Source of the DNA: Octopus sinensis
Taxonomy: Eukaryota
Assembly (NCBI RefSeq): GCF_006345805.1
Contig: NC_043003.1
Location: 56,110,001-56,174,000, forward strand
DNA: 64,000 nucleotides
Direction: 5' to 3'
Under the pieces are notes generated by a model. The model did no database searches. It was not told the DNA's origin and saw nothing but the letters and a program-made list of their open reading frames with translations. Shown one piece after another: positions 41,571 to 54,899 of this stretch. Every line of letters starts with the position of its first letter. Position 1 is the stretch's first letter. The translations under genes and the position numbers were made by a program.

Positions 41571-41849
41571 TGTGTTTGTGTGTGTTTGTCTCTCTCTCCC
41601 TCTCTTTTTTTCCATATATATATAAAATAGTCATAGACGTTAAATACTGATGATGTGGTTAGCCATACCCTGCAGCATAATATATATATATTCTTTTATT
41701 CCTTTACTTGTTTCAGTCATTTTGACTGTGACCAAGCTGTAGCAAGATAATCGAAGATATCGATCACTGGACTTATTCTTTGTAAGCCTGATATTCGTTC
41801 TATCGTCTCTTTTACAGAATCTCTATATTGCCACTCCATCGGCGACGAC

Positions 41850-42130
41850 AACAAGGGTTCCATTTGAATCCATCAACGGAACAGCCTGCTGGTCTATGTG
41901 ACCGAGCACTCCATAGAAGCGTGTACCCTTGGTGTAGTTCTCAGGGAGAGTCAGTGTGACACACAGTATGACAAGTCTGGCCCTTTAAATAGAGATACTA
42001 CTCATGTTTGCCAGTTGAGTGCACTGGAGCAAGGTCAAATAACGTGTTTGCTCAGGGACCCAACGCGTCACCGGAAATTGAACTTACGACTTCGCGATCG
42101 TGAGCCGAATACCGTAAATATTTACCCACG
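41850..42130 (-). mobile_element. tRNA-headed SINE related to family C
   Basis: Minus strand: cggctcacgatcgcgaagtcgtaagttcaatttccgg..ccctgagcaaacacg..gctccagtgcactcaactggc. Confidence 0.7.
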
Positions 42131-42681
42131 TGCCTTCACACACATATATGTATATAAAGAGTTCGCGTTATAATCTATGCATTTAATTAAACATGTGAAT
42201 CACGTTTCCTATAATACTCAAGTATTATATGAATTATATTTCATATAATTATCGTATAATTCAAAAGTGTGTGTGGTGTGTGTGTGTGTGCGTGTATGTG
42301 TGTGCGTGTGTGCATATGTGTCCTCTGGGATGCATATATCTACGTCTGCATATTTATGCGCGTTTTTAAATATATGCATGCAAATAATTATGTATGTCCG
42401 CATGTATGTATGCATATGTTCATATAATATATGCATGTTTCTGCATATGGAATTATATAAGATTTAAGAATTGTATGTGTAATGCGTGCATATTTGAATT
42501 ATGCTAAACCTGTTTTTTTCTGATATTCATCAAGTTTAAAACAATGCAAATTTGTAAATTTTGTCATATTTCATAATGCACTTGTACTCACATATGTATA
42601 GGCTTGTATGCATCTCTTTTTCTCATTCTCTCTGATGCTCTATTTCTCTCAGTATATAGGTACATGTATATATGTATACAT

Positions 42682-42754
<73 letters not shown>

Positions 42755-43015
42755 TATGTATATATATATATACATATATATTATATATATGAATTTATTA
42801 CTACACAGTTATGTACCTATAAACATGCAGTATGATAATTAGTTAAATATTTGAAAACAACAATATTCCTTTTGAATGTTATTATTAATAAGCTATCTAT
42901 ATATACATACCTTGTAATAGAGTTGATTGACAGAAACTGGCAGCAGACCGTCCTTCATATATATATATGTATATACATACATACATATATCTATATATAT
43001 GATTGTATAAATATA

Positions 43016-44282
43016 CAGGGTGTGGAAGCAAAATTTGCAATATTTTGAGGCAGGGATTGAAAAGACAGTGTATGACCAATTTGTTTATTGAAAGTCATGA
43101 GAATTTATTTGCCACAAGACAATTTACATAATAGAAAATATTTTTTTCTATGTGTCCCTCCTTCTTTCTCAATAACTGCCTTCACACGCTTCCTGAAACT
43201 TGCACAAGCATTCCTCAAATATTCGGGAGACAACTTCTCCCATTCTTCTTTAATAGTATCTTTAAGAGAGTCAACATTGCTTTGTGATTTTCTATTGGTA
43301 GCTTGTTCTAAAACGCCCCAAATAGCATAATCCAAAGAGTTTAGATCTGGGCTAGAAGGTGGCCATAAAGTTGGATTTGCAGAAATCTTGTATTTTTCTA
43401 GCTGTGTGGGCTGGAGCACCATCCTGTGTCCATACATAATTACCATCTGGGTAGTTTGCTTTAAGCCATGGCAATACCTGGTATCTCAAAGTCTTGTAGT
43501 AAGTATTAACATTGATCTTTTCATCAGCTTTGTAGAATTTTATAGGCATTTTCTTTCCATAGGAAGCCACAACACCAAAAGCAATAACTTGAGCAGGATC
43601 TTTTGTTTTGAATGTCCTCTTAATCTTAGCTGTTGATTTTGCGATAAATCTGTCATTTCTGCTGTTCAGAACAGCATCGACAGTGAAGATCTTTTCTGAA
43701 AAGATCGTTACATTGGAGGATATTTTCTTGAACCATGTAATAATTTTCTTGCACCTCTGCAATCTCTTTTCCTTCACAGCTGTTGTCAACAAGTGTTTTG
43801 GTGTTCTTGTTTAAGATTTTAACCTCAAATCATATTTTACAGCATTTCTAATGGTCTTGTTGTCTACCTCAAGTTCAATTGCCATTCTTCTCATGGATTT
43901 GGTTGGATCCTTTAGGATTTTGGATTTGAGAGCTTTAATAAAAGCTTTGGTACGCTTTTTGTTGATTCCTCAACTTCCACACTTCCTCGTAATAGTTTTG
44001 CTCATAGTCATTCTATTATTTACATTATAAATAGTCTTTATGGACACTCCAACTATTTTTGAAATCTCCTTTGGTGTGACGAGTGCATTCAGAAAATCAC
44101 ACACTCTTTGACTTTTGCTTTCCTGATTACTCATATGGACAAAAGTTTCTGAAAAGCTAAAGATAATAGTGTTAGGTATGAGTATGACATCAATTTATGC
44201 TAGGTTTCGACACAATTGATTTAGTGTCTCCTGAGAGAAAAACACAACTTAACGTTCATTGTAAATTTTGCTCCCCACCCTG
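43016..44282 (-). mobile_element. maT/DD37D-type Tc1-mariner, full length, pseudogenised
   Basis: TIRs cagggtg(t/g)gg(a)agcaaaattt(g/a)caat with TA flanks; ATG 44134; IFSEKIFTV, VWTQDGAPAHTA, WPPSSPDLNSLDYAIWG; frameshifting deletion between the 2nd and 3rd Asp. Confidence 0.9.
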
Positions 44283-44338
44283 TATATATAGCTATAAAAG
44301 TATATATATAATATATATAATTATATATATATATATAT

Positions 44339-44418
<80 letters not shown>

Positions 44419-44437
44419 TAGCTATATAAGTATAAAG

Positions 44438-44822
44438 TTTAGAGAGACTTAGTAATTTTAATATTTCTATTATTGAAAACAAGTGGATGTATTCCACTGT
44501 AACTAGGTAAATAAAATCTTCGAACAGACGGTCAGTAGCGACACCTGCTGGTTCTGACTACGCTGCATTGATAAAGGGCAACAACCCTGAAACGTGTCTT
44601 CAGATGTCTGACTAACAAGGTGAAGCGGCTGACCTCCCCTGTTCGAAGGTTGTAATGGACGCAGGTTCGTCATATAGCTAGCTAGAGGTGGTGGCCTCTT
44701 GGAGCTAATCAGCGACAGCTTTAGTCTTATATTTAGACTGTCATATTAGTATGGCGATAACTATTAATATCCAGTAACGCTGCCGTAATCTCCTTTAGAG
44801 AGACTTAGTAATTTTAATATTC

Positions 44823-44828
<6 letters not shown>
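44438..44828 (+). mobile_element. 356-bp-period element with ~33-bp terminal direct repeats containing a hammerhead motif
   Basis: tttagagagacttagtaattttaatatt at 44438 and 44794; hammerhead-like motif at 44563-44603. Confidence 0.65.
44563..44603 (+). ncRNA. Minimal hammerhead motif, U3-A8 core
   Basis: ctgca-TTGATAA-aggg caacaa ccct-GAAAC-gt-GTC-ttcag; stem II perfect, one mismatch in stem I. Confidence 0.65.
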
Positions 44829-44868
<40 letters not shown>

Positions 44869-44969
44869 CATATATAGCTATATATACATACATATATATG
44901 TTTATACATATATATATACATAATATATATATTATACATACATATATATATATATAAATACATATATAT

Positions 44970-45000
<31 letters not shown>

Positions 45001-45478
45001 ATGTAATATAATATAAATAAAATATATGTGCATATATACATGCGTATATGTGCATACATCTCTACGTATATATATATGCTTATGTGGGCGTATATCTTTT
45101 GTCAGTTTCTGAGGTATCGTATTTGTTATCATAGAGAAATTTTGCTTATTTCTAATACTTTAGAACGTACTGGATTTTTATTTGAGAACATATTCTTTGT
45201 GGAAACTAGCGATTTGACGTCTATATCTAGCATGTTGACCGTCCACTTTTAGTGGTCAGTCCTTTACATTTCGTATGTAAAAATATTTTAATCTTCGGAT
45301 TTTTTTAATATGCTAGGCAACTGTTTTTAATTGATTAATATCAATTTCTACCCTTATTAAATTTTATATATATACATATATATACATATATATATATATA
45401 TATACATACATATATATACTATATGTATATACATATATATATATACATATATATATATACACATATATATATACATAC

Positions 45479-45510
<32 letters not shown>

Positions 45511-45535
45511 GTTTCTTGATTGCAATACACAGACA

Positions 45536-45585
<50 letters not shown>

Positions 45586-45709
45586 GTAAGTGACATAAGT
45601 CAACGCACAAGACACCCGTTATTATTCCCCCCACAGACATCATCACGTGGACTGTTGAGACTAGTAAGACACAATTATGAACTTTTTTTAGTTCACTTAA
45701 CTTCTTAAA

Positions 45710-45761
45710 ATATTTTTGATAAGGTTCGTTTTTACAAGAAGAACCGAAACATGTAAAATGT
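45710..45761 (+). ncRNA. Minimal hammerhead motif, U3-A8 core, fully paired
   Basis: atattt-TTGATAA-ggttc gtttttacaagaa gaacc-GAAAC-at-GTA-aaatgt; palindromic stem III acatgt. Confidence 0.72.
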
Positions 45762-45808
45762 CTAAGAAAAGTAAAATTTATCCCATATAGTGGCGTTTTG
45801 AAACTTCT

Positions 45809-45854
<46 letters not shown>

Positions 45855-45899
45855 CTGTGATCGAAAATTCAACAAAAAAAGTACTCCATTAGGTTAGAG

Positions 45900-46231
45900 A
45901 TATATATTATTCATCTAAAGGTCACAATACATGTATTAAAGCGCTACTAATAATTTCATATGTTGAGAATACTCAAGGAAGCTAGCTCTTTTACCTTTTT
46001 AATTTAAATTTTAGTTTTTTTTGTCTTCCGTCTTTCGTTTCCCGTCGTTCACATTCTGCTTTTTCTATATGTTGCCGCTTTTCTTTCCTTTTCTAGTTTT
46101 TCTTGTAATTTTCAATTTTATTCAGCTTGTTATGATATGTGGTTTGCACATGAAGAATTTGTTTGAGTTTTCTCAACCTATGAAACTATTAGTAGTGCTT
46201 TAATACATGTATTGTGACCTTTAAATGAATA

Positions 46232-46240
<9 letters not shown>
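45900..46240. mobile_element. ~340-bp element with ~77-bp terminal inverted repeats; right arm overlaps a hammerhead motif
   Basis: 45900-45976 vs 46163-46240 inverted; gcac-ATGAAGA..ttgag tttt ctcaa..GAAAC-tatta-GTA-gtgc at 46146-46198. Confidence 0.75.
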
Positions 46241-46285
<45 letters not shown>

Positions 46286-47541
46286 GCATGTGTGTGTATG
46301 TGCGCGCGCGCGTGTGTGTGTGTTATGTCAGTAAAACAACCTTCGACCAGAAACTTTCTGAAACTCATAAATTAAATGTATGGTAACTACACGCTTTGAT
46401 TTCATACATACTAATAATGTTCGTAACTAGATATGTTTAAACGAATGAAAGACCTCCGAGCGACGTGTGTGTGTGTGTGTATGTATGGAGGTGCGGATGA
46501 GCTCCATCAACTTAGCTGCAAAATATTTTAACACAAGTGGCGACATTTTCGATCTACTCATTAGAATGGCCTTAAAACAGAACAGTTGCAATAGTAGTTA
46601 TAAAACTCAACCCTCCTCCAAATATTCATGAAGTTTTAACCCATCACTGAAATTGTTTATTAATGAGAAGATATCCTTCTGTCTTCGCTATATTTTGAAA
46701 TCCATTTTTTCCAATATTATACTTTTCTGTCGGCCTATCTATTTGAACATTTTATTCCGAGATCTCCTGCATCTCTTTCGGTAATACTACTTTTGTTTAT
46801 ATAGCGCAAGATAATCTACGCCAAATACAAAATGATATAAAATTTTAGAGAAATTCCTAATTCTCTGTTCTACGTCGCGGATAACATCCAATTGTTCAAT
46901 AAATTTAATTTTCAGAAAATAAGAGAAAAAATACGAAAAGAGAACGATGCACAATCGTCGACCATAAGTCTACAAGATAGGGGTTGATCCAGGCAATACA
47001 CCAAGAACAACCAGGAAGAGTTGCTTCAGTATAGATTTTTCAATAGGATCAGTTTCTTCCGGAAAGGTATCGTATTATACGTAGAATTTCTTTTGGAAAT
47101 CTTGAGCTGATTTTACAGACAATTAAAGTGTATAGTACCACTGAATGTCGTAAATTTAATTATGGCTGATTTCTAGCATCGTGTGCAGGTAGTTAAACAC
47201 AAAGACACACAAGCAAGCAGATAATCACATTAATACACACATACACTTTCATGTGCACTTATATGCGTATGTGCAATTTTGCGGACACATATCTGCATCT
47301 GTGATTTAGTGCATTAGGCATATCGAACGTAAACGTTTGCACACAGATGCACTGAATTCATAGAATGAGCCTTGGAAATGCACATACATATATGTGTGTT
47401 AATGCGTCATTGTGTATACTACATAGACACACATGCACACAAGCACACACACACACACACTCACACAAGCATATAGTGGCGATGTACGTCTGTGCTTGCG
47501 TATGTAATATATATACACGTTTATGTATGTGCATATGCACC

Positions 47542-47608
<67 letters not shown>

Positions 47609-47774
47609 TTGACCACATAGCGGTCGCTCTCTTATATTATATATATATGCTTATATATATGTGTGTGTGTGTGTGTAAGTATCTGCATGTGTTTGCGTGT
47701 GTGCACGTGTGCGTACGTATATGTATGATATATGTGTGCATATATAGGCATTTATGCACACACATTTATATACG

Positions 47775-47842
<68 letters not shown>

Positions 47843-48601
47843 ATATATATATATATTATATATATATATATAATATATTAATATATATATATATTTTATA
47901 TTATATATATATATATAATATATATATATATATATTATATATATTTATATATATATAACTTATACGCACATACGCACATATACAGATATGTATAGAACTG
48001 TGAAAGTGTATATGCACAACCGGTGTGTTTCAGAGTTTGTGATTATGTCTAGGTGAGGGCTGCGGTGGGGCGAGGTAGGGTTATACAACCAGAAGAATCA
48101 AAGATAACAGAAGTACTACAGAGATGTTATCGAAGAGACACTGAAGTTACAAGCGGAATGAATAATGGAATATTATGTGAACTCCTCTCCGTTATAATAG
48201 ATTTCTGATCCAATGTTTGTGCTTTATGGTGCAATATGCAATATATGTTCATTGAGATCCACTGTAATTACAAATATTCTGATCCAATATGGCCTTTCAC
48301 TAAATATTAAACGCAATGCTTACTTCTCATAAAACTAACTGCTAACATTTAGAAACGGAAACAGCCTTCGAAATGTAAGCATTCTTGACAATTATATGCT
48401 TATACATAGAGATACGTTTGTATGTATGGACGTATGTAGGTAAATATATATGTGTGTGTGTGTGTATGCATATTTATAAATATATACGAACATATGTATA
48501 TACAGATACATATATACATACACACTCACGCACTCACACACACACATATATATATACAGAGACACTTATGCATACAGGCATAAATGTACAGATCTATATA
48601 T

Positions 48602-48637
<36 letters not shown>

Positions 48638-48711
48638 ATATATATAATATCTATATATACATATATATACTATATATATATATATTTTATTAGGAACTGG
48701 AATTTCACAAG

Positions 48712-48749
48712 TCGTTACTCTCTGTTTCTTGTTTATGATCTTCAGACGA
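48712..48749 (-). ncRNA. Minimal hammerhead motif with canonical core
   Basis: Minus strand: tcgt-CTGAAGA-tcataaacaa-GAAAC-agaga-GTA-acga; stem II nearly absent. Confidence 0.55.
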
Positions 48750-49432
48750 TAAGTGCAAAAACAGAACATTATGAAGATTTTGAAATATAAATAAAAGAGA
48801 TCATTATAAGGAAAAGCTTACACTGATCGGATGAATGTTGTCCACAAAACTTAAAACCAAAGCATCCGACAAACGTAACAGATACGAAGCGTATGCAATT
48901 ATATAAATGGAAGCAAGACAATAAAGAACAGGGAACTGAGGAGTGGGTGTATGTAGAATATGGAAGCATTGAAAGAAAAGCCTTTGAAGAAGATTAAATT
49001 GAAGGGGTCTGGGATAACAAGAGATGAAGACGTGTATCAAAATAGATCAGAAAACTATGGCTAGTTTTGAAAGAGTAAACATTGAAATTATTAGAATATA
49101 TATACAGAATATATATGCGTCGGCCTTTGAATACAACCTGCACGAAATCAGTATTATACGACTCGTTTGAGGAGATATATTTAGAAAATTATATAGAATT
49201 ATTGTTTTATTAATAATTCTTAAATTTTTCAGTTTAAAACTACGTTGAATGATACAACTTAATAAATCACAAGAAAAAAGCAAAACTGAAACAGCTCATA
49301 AGATTCTTCATTTCAGGAAAGGAATAATAGACAATACGTAGTCAATAAGTACAAGTATTTCATAGCTAATATTCAATTTATTTAATATTTTCAATATGTT
49401 TCTGCATAACAATACTTCGATGTAAACCTGCG

Positions 49433-49546
49433 ACACTTCAATGTAAACTTATCAACAATTTGGATATTTTACACTTCGATGTAAACCTATCAACAATTTG
49501 GATATTTTACACTTCGATGTAAACCTATCAACAATTTGGATATTTT
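49433..49546. repeat. 38-bp minisatellite, 3 copies plus a partial
   Basis: acacttcgatgtaaacctatcaacaatttggatatttt at 49433, 49471 and 49509. Confidence 0.95.
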
Positions 49547-50020
49547 GTTCTTAGATTAACTTCATTGTAATAAATACTAAAATAACTTCGTTTAAACACT
49601 ATAGAAACTTGATAGAAACCATGCTTTAATAAGGGTAACACATTTTTAGAAGACTAGTGTATTTTTAAAGAAGATGGGTTAATATTCTTCATTATCTTCA
49701 TGAAGATGCATCTTTCGGATATCTAAAGAGGTTTTTCCCCTCTCTATTGGAAAAAAAATAACGCTCCTTCAATTTATTTTCTGTCAGTCTAGTTGTTTCC
49801 TCCAAACATAGATCCGTAGACAATCTCACGCTGTAGGCTATCCCTTTTCTCAGATATTTTCTGCAAGGTGACATTTGTGTGAAACCTTGAAATTGGAGGC
49901 ATGTTGCGCAATATTTAATTTTAAGTAATATTCTTTTTGAGCAGGATTTTATTATTTATCCACACGAAAACCAAACGGGTTGAAATTAAGAAATTTAATT
50001 ACTTTGTTTTTATTTGTGAT

Positions 50021-50397
50021 TTATTATCTCCGCCTTAGCAAAGGCGGGAGTATTGTTTTCAGTCGTGTTGGTTTGTTTGTTTGTTTGTCCGTGGACAATA
50101 TATCTCAAGAACCACTGGATGGATTTGGATGAAACTCTCAGGGATGTTTGGTCTCATGACCGGCGCGAACTGATTATATTTTGGGATCGATCTCGTGCCG
50201 GACATGGATTCTACATTATTTTCCCGGTAGTCTTATTTAATTTTAGAGAGCGGTCGGGTTCATTTTTAGTATTCTCGTTAGTGAGAGCAGTCGTGTTAAT
50301 TTCAGACATTCTCATTTTACTAATCATCTCTGGCTAATCGTTGAGAGAACGTTAGCGTTGCCTTGACGGAGGTTTGCGCTCCCTGAGTGATCTAGTT
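50021..50397 (+). mobile_element. Helentron-associated non-autonomous element (HINE/DINE-1-like)
   Basis: 5' ttatctccgcc..aagg, (gttt)n microsatellite, ggatggatttggatgaaact motif, 3' sub-terminal inverted ccttgacggag, short stem gcgctccctgagtg, terminal ctagtt. Confidence 0.75.
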
Positions 50398-53300
50398 TTA
50401 TTTCTTTTCTTTTTGTTTAATACATTGCCGCTGCATTTATATAGGGATTCATACCAAAAACTGTTATTGTGTAGAATCTTAAAATAGTAATGAGAGACAA
50501 TATTAATATGACCTCTTATATGAATAATGAGATACACTTACTTACGTTAGAAATGAAATTACATGAGATTTTTAGTGGAGAATTAGAATTCTTGGTAACA
50601 AATAATTTCTTATCCATCTTGTAGGAACTTCAAATATCAATTCCTGAGCCAAATAAATAGAAAATCGTTACACTAAGATTTTTAGAAACTAAAATCATTA
50701 AGCCTATATTACCAATCAGCGTAATAAGATCATTCACAAGCAATCTCATAGAAAGCGATTTTGCGCAAAACGAAAATCGTCGACATTTTAAAGCAATCAC
50801 AATCTAAGTAATTCCTCATAATTTGAAGTTATCATGCTTAGTTCATCGCCATCAACTGTACTGTACCTATTGGGACATAAGCCATCTCGTTGATTTTTTT
50901 TCTGGATACAAGATGAATTGTCTGAAAACAAGGAAAAAAAGGTTTAATAGGTGGTACGCGAGCTGGTGGCTAGTTATTACAAAATAGAGAGTCAACTGTT
51001 GAGTAATCATGCCCGGATTTTAAGCATGAAGCAATAGAGAAGGTACATACAATATAAATATTTAGCATTAATTATTGTTCTCCCGCTTTACAAAGATGTT
51101 AAATTTTCTAGTCACAAGTAATCAAGTGTAGCACTATGTCATTCTTATTTTAAATTGCCTGCATGAAGCAAATATATTTCACTGAGTTAAACCTTCTGTA
51201 AAGCGTGACATTTCTTACAGATAGTTAATAATTTCAGTTTAAAATATATTCATAGAATGTGACTTGTTTTTCTTCTTTTCCGCCATAGACCATTAATAGT
51301 TCAGGAACTTCGAGAAGCGAGACTGACTTTCTAAGATGTATAATGATTATATTAATATTGATTTCACTTATGCGTACGTGGGTTTTTTCAATAGTAGAAG
51401 CTATGAAAATGAGAGATTTCAAAAGGATAAAAATCAATCAGTACGGTTGAACGAGATGAACATATAATTTTGCTTCTCTCTCATCTTACTAATATATTTT
51501 ATAACCCACATGCTATAATAGGAACAAGGACGCTCTCTTTATATTATTTTGTTTCTATATAATCAAATCTATAAAATATTTGTTAATTCTTCGATCCGGT
51601 CTATATACTAAAGGAGATGGTAATATTTTTTAACCTCAAGGACAATGGAATTTTATGAACTGAACCCATTTTTTTTTCTTTCTAATTTTATAAATATTGG
51701 TGCTTCCGTTGCATTGAAGTCACTTGTATGTGTTTTATCGACGTCATAAAATGTTTCTATTCTTATTGAACTCGGTAAATATTTAACGGTTCGTTTGGGA
51801 GATAGGGGATCATTTGATGTAGTTTTTACGCCATTTTCAAAGACATTATCGTGACATTTGTGTATGTGTGTGTCTCGGGAGGGGTGTTACATATGGCGTG
51901 ATATGTATACTTGACAATACGTTTCTGTATGGACTTCTTCGTTGGCCAGAAATATATAACGCTATTCTTGATGTGTAATCCTAGTTCAGCTCTGTTTCAA
52001 TATATTTATGGTCGATGACATTCGTGTCATGAGGATGATATTTCTTTTTTCATGATATCTAATCTTACTTTATCTAATGCGTATTATCTTAGAAGGGAAA
52101 AAATATGAACTGAAAGACATTTAACGGCTATTTCAAGTTAATCGAAGAGTCATCTAGACGCTTCTTCTTTGATTCGATAAATGTAAGATCTTTGTGGCAG
52201 GCAGAAAATAAATCAAGGATTATATGAAATTATGATTAGGAAAGAGCTAATTTGAAGCCGAACGTCACGCAGTGTAATTTTAACGATATGAACGCAAGTT
52301 TTTGCCAGTTTAATGGAAATTCTGAGAAAGGGAGACACAGAGACAGACACAGACAGACAACAGCAAGAGAATGACTGAGGGGAGGGGAGAGAGAGAGAAA
52401 GAAGAGAGAGAGAGGAGGTAATTTCTTTTATTTTAGTTTTTTGTGCGTTCCTTCCTCCAAGAAGCTAAACGTAGCTATTGTTAACAAAGCTTTTTAACAT
52501 TGGTTGGTACGCTGAGTATCCGTTCTCCTTACTCACAAACTTGAAAAACCCACTATTTTTATCCGTAATTACAGAGTACAATAATTTGTTCTCGTTGAGT
52601 ATATTTTTGTTTCGGAATTCGTTTTGAATGGTAAGTTATTATATTTATCTATTTAGAATTTTACTCGAATGACAAGTTATCTTGATATATGTTTACAATA
52701 TAACAGGTTATACGAAAGCTTAAATCAGTGAGACCAGAAATGAAATGCCATAGAAATACATTCGTTTTCTGATATTAATGATTATAATTGTTCGCAGTGT
52801 GATATTCACAAGCCAGCAAAAGGAATCTCTATATGGCTAAATAGCTTGCAGCAATTACAACCATATATTCGCCTTCACATAATGCTTTTCTCTCTTAAAA
52901 TGGATAAATGTTATAGATAATCTTGAACATAACTATCACAGAAAAAAAAAAATAAAACAGAAATGACAGAAAGAATGGTCGGAATTTTCATGTCAGTCGA
53001 TAGATATTTGTCACAGTGAAATATATGTATTTTTGGCAAGAAGTGTGGACGACAACGCTGAACGGTAAAGACCACAACATTGCATGAAACAAGTTCTAAA
53101 CTTCATAGAAATATGTTTTCCAAAATACTCACATAATCACAATCAAACAACATGTACAAATATAACAAAAGTACACAACATAAAAAAAAAACAAATAAAT
53201 TTTTATAAAGTATTCAAAAAGTAACATAAGATAAGTTTATTGCCTTTTTTCATCTCAAAGGTCCGCTAAGAATAACGCTTTAAAATTTTTCGCAAGTGAA

Positions 53301-54066
53301 AATATAGCATGTAAACATGACTGATTTAAAAAAAAACGCATATATTTCGACACAATGTTACTAACTACGCAAAAACACCTTTATGGAACAAAAAATATTT
53401 ACATCTGAGATAAGACATACATTCACGTCGCAAATAATTATGAAAACATTTGAGAAACATAACAGAGTCTTATAAATATGTCTAGATTCGTCTACATAAT
53501 GGTAAATTCTATCCCAGTCGAGGGCGCTTGACAATACACATGAAATTATGCATGCTGTATACAGTTCTCACGAAGACGAGACTACTGAATATTGTAAATG
53601 TATGGTTATCAAAATACAGACAAACTACATAAAACAGGTTAATAATTACGCATGCACACATATATACATGGATATACACTCACCCGCGCCCATACACATA
53701 CATATACACAAACACATATCGTCAACTTGAAAAACAGAAAAAAGGAGAAAAACAAACGTAGGGGCATCGCACAAGCAATGTATTTGTATGACACTCAGAG
53801 ACGGAAGGGAGTAGTTGTTTTACGTTTCGAACATAACTCTTATTCGGAAACAGGAAAAAACAGGAGAGTCCAAAGGGAAAGAAGGAAGAATGTGAGAAAA
53901 TCTCCAACAGTCTATGTCGCCTCTACCGTCTCAAATTCCAATCCATTGACCACTTCAAAGTGCATTCTATATAGAGAACACTTGTCTCTAATCTATATGT
54001 ATTTTGTTCAAATATCTTGAGCACATTGAAATATGTCCCATTCCATATAGACGACACCTCTCACTA

Positions 54067-54109
<43 letters not shown>

Positions 54110-54166
54110 AAAAAATGAAGTTCGAAATGCTGCTGTATTATACAATTTTTAATTTTTATATATACA

Positions 54167-54208
54167 TTATAACATGTTTCAGTTCCTGACATGAACCTTA
54201 TCAAAAAA
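54167..54208 (-). ncRNA. Minimal hammerhead motif, U3-A8 core, same family as 45710
   Basis: Minus strand: tttt-TTGATAA-ggttc atgtcag gaact-GAAAC-at-GTT-ataa; stem I weak. Confidence 0.55.
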
Positions 54209-54835
54209 AGTTATATATAAAAGAGACAGCTCATGCCGTCAAACACAAGAAATTCATTTATAATACACAACGGAGTCAGACATCTTAGAGTTCATGTATA
54301 GTATATATAGTTCATGTATAGTTGATATATAGTTTGAAGTATATGTTCAAAGTGTTCGATGCAGTGGCCCACGGTGGCGATACGTATTCAATACAAAAAA
54401 ACAGATCAAAGTGGTGGAAAGCGGTCAATACAGAAGATTGATGTTTCCGAAAGAGCGAGGAATTCATTTTTACCTTAAGCAATTGTGATGACCCATGGTG
54501 GAAGTTCGCTGGTTGGTTCTAGTGAGTTTTTGTGAAATGCTCGGTTTTATAATGCCTGTTAGGTGGTCAATCTAGCGTAGCGTGACGTCATCAATGTTTT
54601 GACCAATCGTTTCGTTAGGTGGCTATATATGTATATATAGGTTAGAGAGAGTTTCGAGAAACGAACGAAAGCGCTAATGAGAAAGAAACAAAAATATTTT
54701 TCTCAAAATTCTGACGACTCTTTTCCTCAATATTCAATTTCTGTACACCACACGTAACACTCTACACAAACACACGCACACACACGCACACACGCACACA
54801 CACGCACACACACACACACACACACTCACACACAC

Positions 54836-54874
<39 letters not shown>

Positions 54875-54899
54875 TATATAGATTTATATATACATAACA

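Noticed and set aside
49433-49546. CRISPR-like repeat
   Set aside because: Units are contiguous with no spacers; eukaryotic context with no cas genes.
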